Shown here one piece after another: positions 9,798-20,346 of a stretch of 64,000 bases of DNA (positions within the stretch are counted from its first letter, which is position 1; every line of letters begins with the position of its first letter). The stretch is from positions 2,496,001 to 2,560,000 of the forward strand of contig OZ251539.1 of NCBI GenBank assembly GCA_965243135.1, in the 5' to 3' direction. The position numbers and the translations under genes were made by a program. The notes under the pieces were generated by a model, which made no database searches, was not told the origin of the DNA, and saw only the letters and a program-made list of their open reading frames with translations. The DNA is from Alphaproteobacteria bacterium. Its GTDB lineage: Bacteria; Pseudomonadota; Alphaproteobacteria; MPNO01; UBA830.

Positions 9798-10709
9798 TCA
9801 CGGCACCGTTCCGTCGGGCAACGCGACGACATGATCGTATATGTCTCGCGGACGAGCGAACCACACGCGGTCGGCGCGGTCGACGATATGGCGCAGGATG
9901 TCGCGCAGCCCCGCCAGCCGGTACGGCTGGCCCACCACGAAGGCGTGGAGCGCGAGACTGAAGACCAGAGGCTGGCGTTCGCACTGGCGGATCTGCTCGT
10001 CGAAATGCGCCGTGACCATGCGGGTGAAGTCGTCGGCGGTGTGACGCCGGGTCAGTTGCGCCGGGGAATCGTTGATTTCGATATGGTAGGGAATGGCGAG
10101 CAACCGGCCCGCCCTGGTGCGCATCCAGAACGGCTGGTCGTCGGCGGACCAGTCCATGACGTAACGGTACCCCGCCTCCTTCAGAAGATCGGGCGTGTTG
10201 CGGCTTTCGGAAATCCACGGTCCCATCCAACCGCCCGGCGCCTCGCCCTCGCGACTCCTGAACGCTTCGGTGGCCTCCCCTATCAACCGGCGCTCCTCGT
10301 CCTCGGCGAACTCGCCCTGCGCCTCCGAATTGGTCCGCCCGTGCCCCACGAACTCGTCTCCGCGCGCCCTGACGCGCGCCGGTATCTGCGGCGCGTAGTC
10401 ATAAATCGCGGAATTCATCAGATGGCACAGCGGCAGCCCGAATTCATCGAACAAATCGAAAATGCGCCATATGCCGACCCGCAGCCCGTAGTCCCGCCAC
10501 GCGTAATTCCTGACGTCCGGCTGGGCGCCGGGCGCGGTCGGCGAGTGGCCGAGGCCCTCGCCGAAACTGAAGTGCTCGACGTTGAGCCCGAAATACGCCG
10601 CCAGCCGCTTGCCGCCCGGCCAGTCGTAATCCGGGCGTTCGACGATCGGCGAATAATCGTAGCGTCCGTGCCGTTTCAGCTCCACGTCCGGGCCTCCCCT
10701 TGCATGCAT
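9798..10709 (-). CDS. Polysaccharide deacetylase family protein (PuuE allantoinase-like)
   Basis: YSPIVERP, WPGGKRLA, DYGLRVGIWR, GWMGPW, DDQPFW, EIND, LHAFVVGQPYR. Confidence 0.85.
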   Translation of the reverse strand: MHARGGPDVELKRHGRYDYSPIVERPDYDWPGGKRLAAYFGLNVEHFSFGEGLGHSPTAPGAQPDVRNYAWRDYGLRVGIWRIFDLFDEFGLPLCHLMNSAIYDYAPQIPARVRARGDEFVGHGRTNSEAQGEFAEDEERRLIGEATEAFRSREGEAPGGWMGPWISESRNTPDLLKEAGYRYVMDWSADDQPFWMRTRAGRLLAIPYHIEINDSPAQLTRRHTADDFTRMVTAHFDEQIRQCERQPLVFSLALHAFVVGQPYRLAGLRDILRHIVDRADRVWFARPRDIYDHVVALPDGTVP

Positions 10710-11703
10710 AGCATACCGCCGCCCCCCCGCTTGCGAAAACCGTCGCCGAATCCGCAGGAAAAATTTCCGCTCCCGACGACCAGCGCCGCCTCCTGTCGGC
10801 GCTCTCGATCAGGAGAGCTTGACGGACAGGACAGGCGAACGCCTTCCGCTTTCCGCAAACGCCGCGTTCCGCGCCCGAATCGAGATCCGCGAACTCGCCT
10901 TCCCGGAGAATCAGGGCATCCCCGTCCATCTCGAAGATGCGAACCTTCCCTCTCCCCGTTGCGCTCGGGTTTCGGAAGCTACTGGTTCGCTACGCTCCGG
11001 GCGGCGGCGGGGTTAAAGGCGCCCGCGGGCGAAGAACGCTCTCCTCCGGGAGGAAAACCCGGACCCGGAACGTCGGCAGATCCTTCCGGCCAGCCGGAGG
11101 GCATTGCGGACATCAAGCGGAGCGCAGTCCATTCCGGCGCGGCATCCCTGAGTCTCGTCCCCCTGCTTCGAACGTCCGACCGCCCGGCCCTCGCCGGGTT
11201 GAGAAATTCGGGAACAGGCCGGGCGGGTCGGAAAATGCCAACCGGAACTTCAGATCTCCTGACATGGCACGACGCCGCACGGACGCTCGACGCTCCCTGG
11301 CAAGGCGCAGCGATGGACGGAACCGCCCGGTCCGAAGAACCGAAGGCGGCGTCGTCGCGGACGTGCCCAGCCGGCCGCTGACGAGACTGCTTTGTCGGGC
11401 ATGGAAAACCGCGAATTTCTCATCCCGGGAACACGGCTCGCCCCGAGTTCGCCGCACGGCGCCGCGACAGCCGGATATACCGTTTTCGTTCCGAAGTCCC
11501 TGCGCGACCCCGCAGGCATTGCCGACGGGCGGACGGGGCGCCGAACGAAAATGGCGCAGCGCAAACGCCTCCTCGCGCAGGAAGATTGACGGCGGGCATG
11601 TGGCAGTTTTGAAGCATAGGCGTTCAAACGCACATGGACAGAGAATGGCTCGACGGAACCTTTCCATCCCCGAGAAGACGGATCGTGCGGTTCGAACCTT
11701 GCT

Positions 11704-14105
11704 CTGCCCTGTCATCACAAATCCCCTTCTGGACTGAGCAGGGGATGCGATCGTCCCGATTTCTTGATTTCCGCCAGATCCTCGTATGCCTGACAATAGC
11801 CGGAGAGATAGGAATAACCCTGCCAGATTTTCTGATGGCCGGGCGGCGGGTCGTGCTTGCGGTTGCGGTAGCCGGCCATGATGGCGACGATCAGCACCGC
11901 TTCTTTGAGCGTCCTCGGCTTCGGCGTTCTCGGCAGTTTCGTCGCGTAGTCTTCGATGACGAGCAGTTCCATGTCCGAGAACATGAGCCCGGCGGGGACG
12001 TCCGGCGTCTCGCGCGCCAGCAGCGCCATCAGCATGACGCGCCATGCGATGACTGCGTTGATCGCAATCACGCGTTCGAGGCGCGCTGCGGTGCGGTGGC
12101 CCGTTTCTTCGACCTTGCACCCGGACTTCAGCGTGCGATGCCAGTCTTCGATGCGCCATCTCAGGGCGTACCAACCCACGACCCGCATGGCGTCTTCGAC
12201 GGACGAAACGGCGACCGTGGTAAGCAGGAACCATTCGACCGGTTTGGCCCCTTCCGGCGGCTTCGGCTCGCTGATGTGAACGACCTGAACGGGAAGCGGC
12301 GCGGTTCCGCCCGACGTCGGCGGCAGAGAGACGGTCCGAATCTCCATGTCGGCGACGCGTTCCTTGCGCCCGTTCGTCGCCTTGCGTTTGCTGACCTTGG
12401 GCCGTTGGCTCAGGCGCGAGACCGTAAGTTTCCGGTGCCCTTGAACCGGCGCGGCGCGGACGCTGTCGAACAGCTTCTCCGTTTTCGACAACTTCCGGCT
12501 GTGCTTGGCGCGCACCAGAATGTCGATATTGCCGAGACGCCGCTGCTCGGCGAACATTTCGAAGAAGTCCGCTTCCCGGTCCATCACGCTGACCAGTTGC
12601 GTACCTTCGAGCCGCCGGGCCGCCTCGGCGCATTCGCGCAGCCCTCGAAGCCACCGTGCCGACTTGCGTTCTTCCGGCAGCTTGTCCTTGCCCGGCCGAG
12701 GCGCGTCGAACTCGAGCTTCAGCAGACCCAGCGGCAAGCCGGCGTCATCCACCGCCATCGTCGTGTGCAGATGAAGTCCGGCGGTCTTGGCGCTGGTCTG
12801 GTTGTGCCCAATTACGCCCAGGTCGTCGCACTGCGCACGCGTGGCGAAGTTCAGGTCGGTGCCGTCCTGAAGGCACAGAACCGTATCCCGTGTCTGCATT
12901 CGCCCGAGCGTGCGCTCCTTGTGCGGCGTCAGGATGTTTTCCGGCGTGACCGCCCCCGGCTCGTCTCGCGGACGGCAGGCGGTAAAACCCCGTCACTGCC
13001 GCCATGTTTCCGCCCGCCGCTACCGAGAAGGGAGCGTGCGGTGCCTCCGCCTGGGCATGGGCACTGTCGACCAGGCGCTTCGCCAGACGCTTGTCTCCCA
13101 ACGGCGCACCTCCGAACTCGTTCTCGGCCCAGCACTCGCGCGACAGCCCTTCGCCGACCGGCACCGGGAGGGCCGGCCGGGCGCTCAGCGTTGCCCGGCA
13201 ACCCGGTTCGAGCTCGTACATGTATATCTCTTTCATGGACTCGGCCGCCAGTCCTTTCCGGTCCTGCCGGCCGCGTCCGCGAGTTGCGCCCACATGCGTC
13301 CAGTTCGCCGCGCGGAGCGAGATCCCTAGGTGATGCGCCGGGTCGACAAAGGTCTCCACCAACCAGGGGCGATGGCCGTAGCGTTCCTCGAAGTCCTGCG
13401 CCATCGTCGTCAGCGACATGCTCAACACCTGTGACGCGAGATTGCGGCACTCGACGCCGGGCCGGATCAGAAAGCGGTTCAGCCCGACGATGCGGTGAAG
13501 GCGCCGCTCCCGCGTCTTGTCGTCCCAGCCGATCCAGTTGTCGCGCGCCGCCAGGCGCCGCGCCGAGGCGGCAAAACCCACCGCGCCGAGCCAGCCATGG
13601 GACGAACCCACGAGATAACGGCACTGATAACCAACCAGCACCGCCTTGCCGAGGGGGTGTTCCGTGATCATCAATTCGTTCCAGATTGCGCTCTGTGCAG
13701 GGTTCTGCACCGGGACCAACTGTAGCTCCTCGATGAGATCCACCCGTTCGGGAACGTCTACCGCGGGCGGCACCGGTTCCGGGTTGCGGCGCACCCGGCG
13801 GCCTCCGCTTCCTCGCGGTGGCGGCAGAGCAATCCGTCCGTCCGTCGCGAGAACGCCAAGAGCCGCGTTGCAACTACTGATCTGCGGACGCCCGCGGGCA
13901 TCGAAAAAGCCGAACTCGTGACAAACCCTGCGGCTGAGTTCGGCTCGCGAAAGTTGCGGTTCGGCAGACAGTAATCCGCCGACCCGCTGCAATGCCTCAG
14001 GCGTGCTCAGGCGTTGCTTGACAAGATTCTGCGTATCCATGGCGTCTTGGTGAATACGCGAATCGATTGTCTCTGTCCAGAGCCTTGTTTGTGTTCACAG
14101 GGCAG
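11704..14105 (-). mobile_element. IS4-family insertion sequence (2402 bp)
   Basis: Terminal inverted repeats CTGCCCTGTCATCACAAA (11704-11721) and CTGCCCTGTGAACACAAA (reverse of 14088-14105), 16/18 match; 8-bp direct repeat ACCTTGCT at 11696-11703 and 14106-14113. Confidence 0.9.
11715..14040 (-). pseudogene. IS4-family transposase with N-terminal DUF4338 domain, frameshifted near 12975
   Basis: N-part: DUF4338-like RDNWIGWD, NRFLIRP, LVETFVD, AANW, then Tn5-type WAENEFGGAPLGDKRL and GFYRL. C-part in another frame: QDGTDLNF, DREADF, YALRWRIEDWHRTLKSGC, PPG. Confidence 0.85.
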
Positions 14106-14395
14106 ACCTTGCTCGGGTGCAAAGACGGCAAGAAAGGCGGCCTTTTTCGCTTCGGCGACAAGGCGGCCACCTTGCGTATGCGTGGACCTTAACGCCCTGA
14201 TCGGCGCATCGTTACAATGGGCACGCTACCGCGCAGGTTCTATCGGGGATGACTGCGCGGCGAGTTCGTGACCATCACCGTGAAAATGGCCGCAATGGCC
14301 AAGGTCCTCGCCCGGCCGCTCCGGCAATGGCTGCTTGAGCCCGCTCAAGCAGCGGCTACCGTCGACAACATCGGTGCAAGGGCGGTGGAAGAGCG

Positions 14396-15201
14396 ATGAC
14401 CTTCGAGCGGCAGCCCACGGACAAGTGGCGCAAGGAGATCCCGGGTACGCGCTGGTTCAAGGCGGATCTGCACGTCCACACCATCGACGACCATCCGGGC
14501 GGTCGGGCAAAAATGCCTGCTGGCCTGTCCGGCGATCCAGCGGATCCGCAAACGCTATCGGGCTATGCACGACGCTTTCCGAAAGCCCTCGTCAAACGCG
14601 GCGTACAGGTCGTCGGCCTGACTCCGCATTCGCCGCGCGCGGGGATCGGCCTCCGGTATCCGGCCCGACGCGGCTGCGATATAGCCGCATTCGCCGCGCG
14701 CGGGGATCGGCCGTCGGCAGTTCAATCGCCGCGCCGACCGTTCAACCGCATTCGCCGCGCGCGGGGATCGGCCCCGAAACGAGCGCAGTCTGGCGCATCG
14801 TCGACGAATGGAACGGTGGAACCGACGACGACAGCGTTCCGTTCCGGGAAAAGATTTATGCCATATTCCCCGGATTCGAGCCGTCGCTTAAAGACGGTGA
14901 ATCAGGATTGCACCTTCTGTTCCTTTTCGATCCCGAGATCGGCCGCGATCATTACCTGAAAGCGTTCGACCTTGTCATGAGTGGCGTATCGCCTTGGCAC
15001 GCCGGAAAGTTGCAGATTGCTGGAAAGCGTGCCGAAAAGGCATTCGACGAGTTGGAGGAGTTTCGGGAACGGAAGTGCTCTGTTGCGGCCGGCGGAAATC
15101 GCGCGTGGAGTTCCATGGTTCTTGGCCCCTATATCGACGCAGAGAAGAGATTTTCCGGGGATCGAAAAGCTCAAGTGCTGCAATTCTTCGATCACGGGTA
15201 A
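14396..15201 (+). pseudogene. PHP-domain protein (N-terminus of TrlF/Ppl-like PHP-ATPase), disrupted by a mini-array and apparently truncated
   Basis: WFKADLHVHT PHP motif, VGLTPH, IFPGFE, GLHLLFLFDP; removing 122 bp of inserts joins the two frames into one 227-aa ORF. Confidence 0.75.
14624..14773 (+). CRISPR. Cas-less mini-array 1: 3 x 28-bp repeat, 2 x 33-bp spacers, inside a CDS
   Basis: CCGCATTCGCCGCGCGCGGGGATCGGCC at 14624, 14685 and 14746; spacers 14652-14684 and 14713-14745; GCGGGGAT-N3-CC 3' end as in type I-E repeats. Confidence 0.85.
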
Positions 15202-15269
15202 GCGTTCGCTACCCGGGGGACGAAAAAAATTTGCCCCGGGGACTGGAAACGATTCGCTGATCCCTGCGC

Positions 15270-15565
15270 CTTCATGGAGTTGGCGACACGCAGCCCGTCG
15301 GCTACGCCAATGGCTCTGTCGCAAGCACAAGGTGCGTAAAGGAAAGCATGCGCACTTTCCAAGCGAATGGAACGAAATAGGTCTTACACGCCTACACCGC
15401 AACGAAGAGCTTTCCGTGGGCGAAGGCATGACGAAGCGCGGGAAATCCGCACGTCCGGTTTGACGAGCGGGGACTGGAAACGTGGCCAAGGGAGCCGGAC
15501 CGAGGCCCGGAGCGAAAGCGACGGAACCCGGACCCTAAAGCTAACGCGCCAGTCCTCGACTCTAC
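15270..15565 (+). mobile_element. Group II intron 3' remnant (maturase C-terminus plus domains V/VI)
   Basis: RRLRQWLCRKHKV..IGLTRL maturase tail; GCGGGAAATCCGCACGTCCGGTTTGACGAGCGGGG domain V; CTCGACTCTAC 3' end at 15565. Confidence 0.85.
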
Positions 15566-15910
15566 CTCGACACGCTGGAGCGATTGCCGGCATACGTGGA
15601 CAGGCTTCACCGGCTCGCGGAGGACGCCGGGCGGGATCCCGCGTCGCTCCGGGTCATGTGGTTCACGTTGTGGTGGGGAACGGAACCGGGCGAGCCGCTT
15701 CGGCCGGCGGAGGCCAGTGCTCCGTTTCCCGGCGGCGACCGGCGCCTCCTGAGCGGCGGCACCCAGCGGATGAAGGACGACATGGCGGAGATGGAGGGGA
15801 TCGGCGTCGACTCCGTCATCGTCAACTTCGAGCGGGAAACCGTCGAGGACACGCTCGAAGGCATGGAGGTGTATGCGGCGGAGTTCATCGGGTCCGGAAC
15901 CGGCCTGTGA
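15566..15910 (+). pseudogene. C-terminal fragment of an LLM-class flavin-dependent oxidoreductase
   Basis: LDTLERL..AEDAGRDPASL..GVDSVIVNF..YAAEFI; begins exactly at the intron 3' end and lacks an N-terminus. Confidence 0.7.
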
Positions 15911-16479
15911 CCCGCAATCTCCGGCCGTGGAAGTTGCTGGGATCGAGAGAGATATTCGTCGTCCCCCGGCGGTTCTCGGTGTCCGCCCACGCGGTCGAGT
16001 TGCCCGGCGGCCGACGATACGAGCCCTACTACCGGGTCGATCTCGCCGATCAGGCCTGGGTGGCCGCGACGACGGAGGACGGCCGGTTCATCTGCCAGCG
16101 GCAGTACAAGCACGGGCCGGAGCGGGTCGCGCTCACCCTTCCCGGCGGGATCGTGGATCCGGGTGAGGAGCCCTTGGCTGCCGCCCGCCGGGAACTGCTC
16201 GAAGAGACGGGGTACGAATGTCGGGACTGGCGGCCTCTCGGCGCCTTCTGCCGCAACAACAACCAGCGCTGCGGCGAGGAGCATTTCTTCCTGGCGTCGA
16301 GCGGCGTCTGGAAGCAGGAGCCCGACCCGTCGACGAACCTGGAGGAGATCGAGACTGTGCTCATGACCCGCGACGAGCTGGCGCGGGCCGCGGCGAACGG
16401 CGAGGCGCCCGTGCTCGGCCATCTCGCCGGCATCCTGATGGCCCTTCGGCAACCGCCGCCGGAAGCCGGGAGATCGTGA
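15907..16479 (+). CDS. NUDIX hydrolase (ADP-ribose pyrophosphatase-like)
   Basis: PGGIVDPGEEPLAAARRELLEETGY Nudix box; RQYKHG; GTG at 15907. Confidence 0.9.
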   Translation: MTRNLRPWKLLGSREIFVVPRRFSVSAHAVELPGGRRYEPYYRVDLADQAWVAATTEDGRFICQRQYKHGPERVALTLPGGIVDPGEEPLAAARRELLEETGYECRDWRPLGAFCRNNNQRCGEEHFFLASSGVWKQEPDPSTNLEEIETVLMTRDELARAAANGEAPVLGHLAGILMALRQPPPEAGRS

Positions 16480-16554
16480 CGCCGCCGCCGGGCTCGGCGG
16501 GATTCAGTCCATATCGACCATGTCGACGGATTGCGCCGCCTGCGGTCCGGCGTT

Positions 16555-17628
16555 TCACCCGGCCTCGTCCCATGCCGCGGAGACGGAGGAAGCGAGCCCG
16601 AACAGCGTTTCCTTGCGCATATTCCATCTTTGCCGGTCCAGGATGCAGTACCACTGCTCCGTGACGTTGTTCGTAGGAGGAGCATTGGGTGGAGGCTCGC
16701 GTTCGAAAGGGATGGTTCGCTCCGCCTCCCCGAATTCCTCTTTGCAAAGATGCACCGAGACAGGAAAAAAGGTCACGCGCATCTCCCCGCGATCGGTGAT
16801 CGTCAACGACAGTGGGGCGTTGAATCTTGTCTCGTGTTCGGGGAGTTCCAACGACCGTCGCGCTGTATAGAAGGTGTACCCGCGTGTGCGGGCGTGCAGC
16901 GTGTAACGGCCTTGTTGTTGGAATCTCTCGACCGCCTCGTGGAAAATATCGCTCACACCCTGATTTTCCGCGAATTCGTCGACGGCGCGATGGCGCTCTT
17001 CGCGGCTCTGTCGCCTGTTGCGGCCCCCTCTTGCCGCTTCGGTCGCCTCCGGTTCCGCCCGTACTTGCCTGGCGAGGAGCGTTTTGCCTTCGTGTTCGTA
17101 ACCGTGGAACGTCAGGAGCGATACGTCCACGCCCCGGGCCGCCAGGAAATCCACCATTCGGGTAGCCCGGGCATTGGTGCCGAGGCCGACGAGTATCATC
17201 CTCACGGGCCTCAAGGACGACAGCGGCTGTCCTTCGAAGCGCTGGGCGTACCAGTCCTCGAAATCCTCTATCTCGGCTATGCCGTCGCGGCCCGAGTGTT
17301 GAGCGATGTGCGCCGTCAGTTCGTCGTCGCCCATGGTTTCGAGGTGCGAGGCGTAGTCGATGATCTGGGTGACCGCGTCCCGTGTGAGATCGCCGCGCTT
17401 CAGTTCGAATACGACGAGCTGGCCGTCCGGGTCCACGCCCAGCAGGTCGAGCCAGCCTCCATCGGTCGGAGTCTGCCGCCCCACGAGTTCCAGCCCCGGT
17501 ATCAGCATGTCTGGGTTCTGAACGAGCGTATCCTCGAGCAGGGTCTCGGTTTCGGTGTGACTCGCCCGTTCCACCGGAGCGACCTCGCCTCCGCCCTCGA
17601 TCGCCCACATTTTCAGTTCTTCCGCCAC
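16555..17628 (-). CDS. NucS/DUF91-like PD-(D/E)XK endonuclease domain protein
   Basis: LEDTLVQNPDML, LVGRQTPTDGGWLDLLGVD, VVFELKRG, QIIDYA; GTG at 17628 after a GGAG RBS. Confidence 0.75.
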   Translation of the reverse strand: MAEELKMWAIEGGGEVAPVERASHTETETLLEDTLVQNPDMLIPGLELVGRQTPTDGGWLDLLGVDPDGQLVVFELKRGDLTRDAVTQIIDYASHLETMGDDELTAHIAQHSGRDGIAEIEDFEDWYAQRFEGQPLSSLRPVRMILVGLGTNARATRMVDFLAARGVDVSLLTFHGYEHEGKTLLARQVRAEPEATEAARGGRNRRQSREERHRAVDEFAENQGVSDIFHEAVERFQQQGRYTLHARTRGYTFYTARRSLELPEHETRFNAPLSLTITDRGEMRVTFFPVSVHLCKEEFGEAERTIPFEREPPPNAPPTNNVTEQWYCILDRQRWNMRKETLFGLASSVSAAWDEAG

Positions 17629-17672
17629 GTCCACTCCTCCTCGTCCGCCCTTCCCCGTGGGTTCCGGCGCGG

Positions 17673-18112
17673 TCAGTCGAGGTTTCCCCAGCTTACCACG
17701 CGCTCGACGCGGACGGCGATGACGGGAAGGCCCTCTAGGGCCATCCGCCGGTACTGAGGGGTATCGCCCCCGCAGCATCGCCTGCGCACGGTCGTGCTCC
17801 TCCCCGTTCTCCAGGATTTCCGCCGCGCCTCACCATGACCCAGCCGAGAAGGCTCCAGTCCTCGTCGTAGCGGTCGACGACCAGCGCCGCGGAAGGGTTT
17901 TCGAGGATGTTGCGAATGCGCTTCAGGGGCCGCGCCGTCTCCCTCTTCGGTTTCTCGTCGATCGTGACGTAGAGGCCGCGCGCCCCGAGCGCGAAGCACA
18001 CCGGCGTCACGTGGGGCCGCCCGCCCGCGTCCGCCATCGCCAGCCGCCCGACGCGCTGGCCGTCCAGAAACGCCCGCTCCCCGAACATCCGTAGGAACCC
18101 TTTAGTTGACAT
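17673..18112 (-). pseudogene. PPOX-class F420-dependent oxidoreductase (TIGR03668-like), two frameshifts
   Basis: RVGRLAMAD, PHVTPVCF, IDEKPK, RIRNILENP, VDRYDEDW; C-terminal EILENGEEHDRA and QYRRM..VVSWG lie in two other frames. Confidence 0.8.
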
Positions 18113-18250
18113 CCATGAGTGATTGTGCGAATGGTCTTCCGAAGAAACAGCAGACGGAGTTCGCCATGAGCCGGTGGAAGCCTATTTTCTAGCGTTGGTC
18201 TACACGAGGTTTCGTCTCGCCCCTGACCCGTGAAGTCGGGAACTGGACGT

Positions 18251-18830
18251 TCAAGACCGCCTCTGATCGCTCCGTTCCTGGGCTTTCTCGGCCAACGACC
18301 GGAAGTGCTTGAAGTATCCGGGTGGCATCCCCGTCTCCTCCGCCCGGGCGGAGACGTGCATCTCGACGACATCGTGCAGTTGGATGAGCGCCCCACCGTA
18401 CAGGGGGAGGACGTCGTCCAGCTGCATCAAATCCCGTTCTACCAGCAAACCGACGGTTTCGAAGAATCCCGGCAGCTTCGGGATTTTCAAATAGCGCGCC
18501 TCGCCCGTATCGCGCATATCATGTAGGCGACGGGAGCATTCCTCTCGGAAAGCATCGGTCTTTCTCGATTCGTCAAAGTGTTTGTAATCGTCGTTACTGT
18601 TGACGAACGTTTCAACATCTCTTCGAAAATTGTGAAATTCCGTGCGCGGATCACTGAATTCCGCACTTTCCCACAATCGATCGAGATCGAGGATGATAGA
18701 CGCCCGAGCTTGCCGGGCTCTGCCCTTATTTGCCTCGATTGCCGCCTGAGCCTGCTCCGACGCGGCACCGGTCCGATGCATCGCAAGATGCAGAGCCCGT
18801 ACCGCGACGACTGCCAAGACCACGTTCGCC
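18251..18830 (-). CDS. Hypothetical protein, DUF4760-like (possibly degraded; start uncertain)
   Basis: Hydrophobic N-segment, then RQARASIILDLDRLW and FFETVGLLVERDL. Confidence 0.45.
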
Positions 18831-18989
18831 GCCGCGGATCTGCTTTGGAAACTCTGGTCGGGGATAGCGGTCGCGCGCAGCGCCATTGTCTCCGGCCGTT
18901 GCGGGAAAGCGAGGATTTGGCTTTGGCCCTTCGAGGCGATGACGCTTGTCCCTTGGTTCGCGGCGCCTGATGATTGTTTGCCACGCCGA

Positions 18990-20080
18990 ATCGACCCGAC
19001 TTGGCCCTGAAGGTAAGAACGTTCTGACCTCATGCCCCGGCGCGCCGCTTCGTACGCCGGTTGACCAGCGCCTTGTTGCTTGTTGGCGGGCCACGCCTGA
19101 CCCGTAGCCTCCAGCATTCAGGTTCGCGTAGCGCATGCGGTGCCCGTGCTCGCGAAATCGCCCGATCTCGCGCTCGAGATCCTTGAGCGCCGTCGCTGTC
19201 GTCGCCTTGTCGCGGAGATGGCGCGGCCTTGTCGATACCATTGGCATTGCAACTCAGGACGGCACGGTACTTCTCGTCGGGCGCGACGGTCGGCAACATC
19301 GCTGAGACGTTCGCATGCACGACGAAAATAGACCGCCTGTTGGTCGGGTTGGAGTCTCTCGAGAAACGTCCGGTTGTCGGCTGCGGCGTCGGCGATAGCG
19401 AAAAGCTGAAGGCCAAGCCGCACTTTCGTGGGCGACCTCTTCGGCAATCTGCGCTTTTAGCGTCGCCTCACCGGCCGAAATGCAAATGATCCCGGTCGAT
19501 TGCCGTCCGCGTCATGGAAACTGACGCCTCGCGTCGGCGCGCTTCTTCGCGCCCGTTGGAACGCAGCCCGACGCTGTCGAGCGAGACAGCGCCGCCCGGC
19601 ACCGGTTTCTCCTTGTTCGTCCAAGCCCGCCTCCCCCTTCTCCTCCCATGCCCGCCATCGCCAAAAGGTGCCGCAGGTAACTCGACGACGAGTTCATGCT
19701 CCCCGGCTTTCCGAAGAGTTTGGTCCCGCGGCGTACAGCGATCCATGACCAAGAGAGCGCGGTAACCGGTCCAACCGTCAACCAAACCGAGGCTTTCGTC
19801 GACCGGCGGACGAACTCCCGCGAGCGGGAGAATGTGACCGGACCGGACAACGCGGGTTCATCGCGTCGGCACAGCCCGGTAGAAAACCTGACCGTCCCGG
19901 CGGACCGGGCCGTGGCCATCGTCCTGCGATGTAATCGCCTATAGCCGCACGGCAGGCAGGCAAGCTCGAACGACCCGGTTTCGGTGAACGCTTCGAATCC
20001 CTGATCCCGTCGTTCCATCCGTTTGAGGGCTGCGACTGACTGAAGCGCCTCGGCCGTCGCCGCAGGGAGGTTCGAGAAGG
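18990..20080 (-). pseudogene. Heavily degraded ISKra4/ISLre2-like transposase relic
   Basis: Scattered frames: HRMRYANLNAGGYGSGV, ALVNRRTKR, AVSLDSVG, VDGWT; boundaries approximate. Confidence 0.5.
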
Positions 20081-20346
20081 GCAAACCGGGGCGGTAACGC
20101 CGACATGGCAATGCCGAACCTCCATCCGTTCCAAGTGCGGCGCTCGCCATGTAGGTCGGCGGCCCGCGGCATGAGCCGACGGCAAATCGAGCGAGAGCGC
20201 CGCTGGCGACCCGCCGCCAGGATACGCTCTTCCGCGAGCGCCGCCGGCCCCGGAGCGCGACGCCGGCCATGAACGGGCGCCGCCGCTTGCGCACGGCGAA
20301 ACGGAGTGTGAATATCGGGCTGCGGACAACGGTAGCGGAGGACGGG

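Noticed and set aside
12975-12995. Programmed -1 frameshift at GGGGTTTT in the IS4 transposase
   Set aside because: The catalytic part lies in the +1 frame and conserved GFYRL continues past the motif; a -1 shift leads to a stop at 12929. A small indel is more likely.
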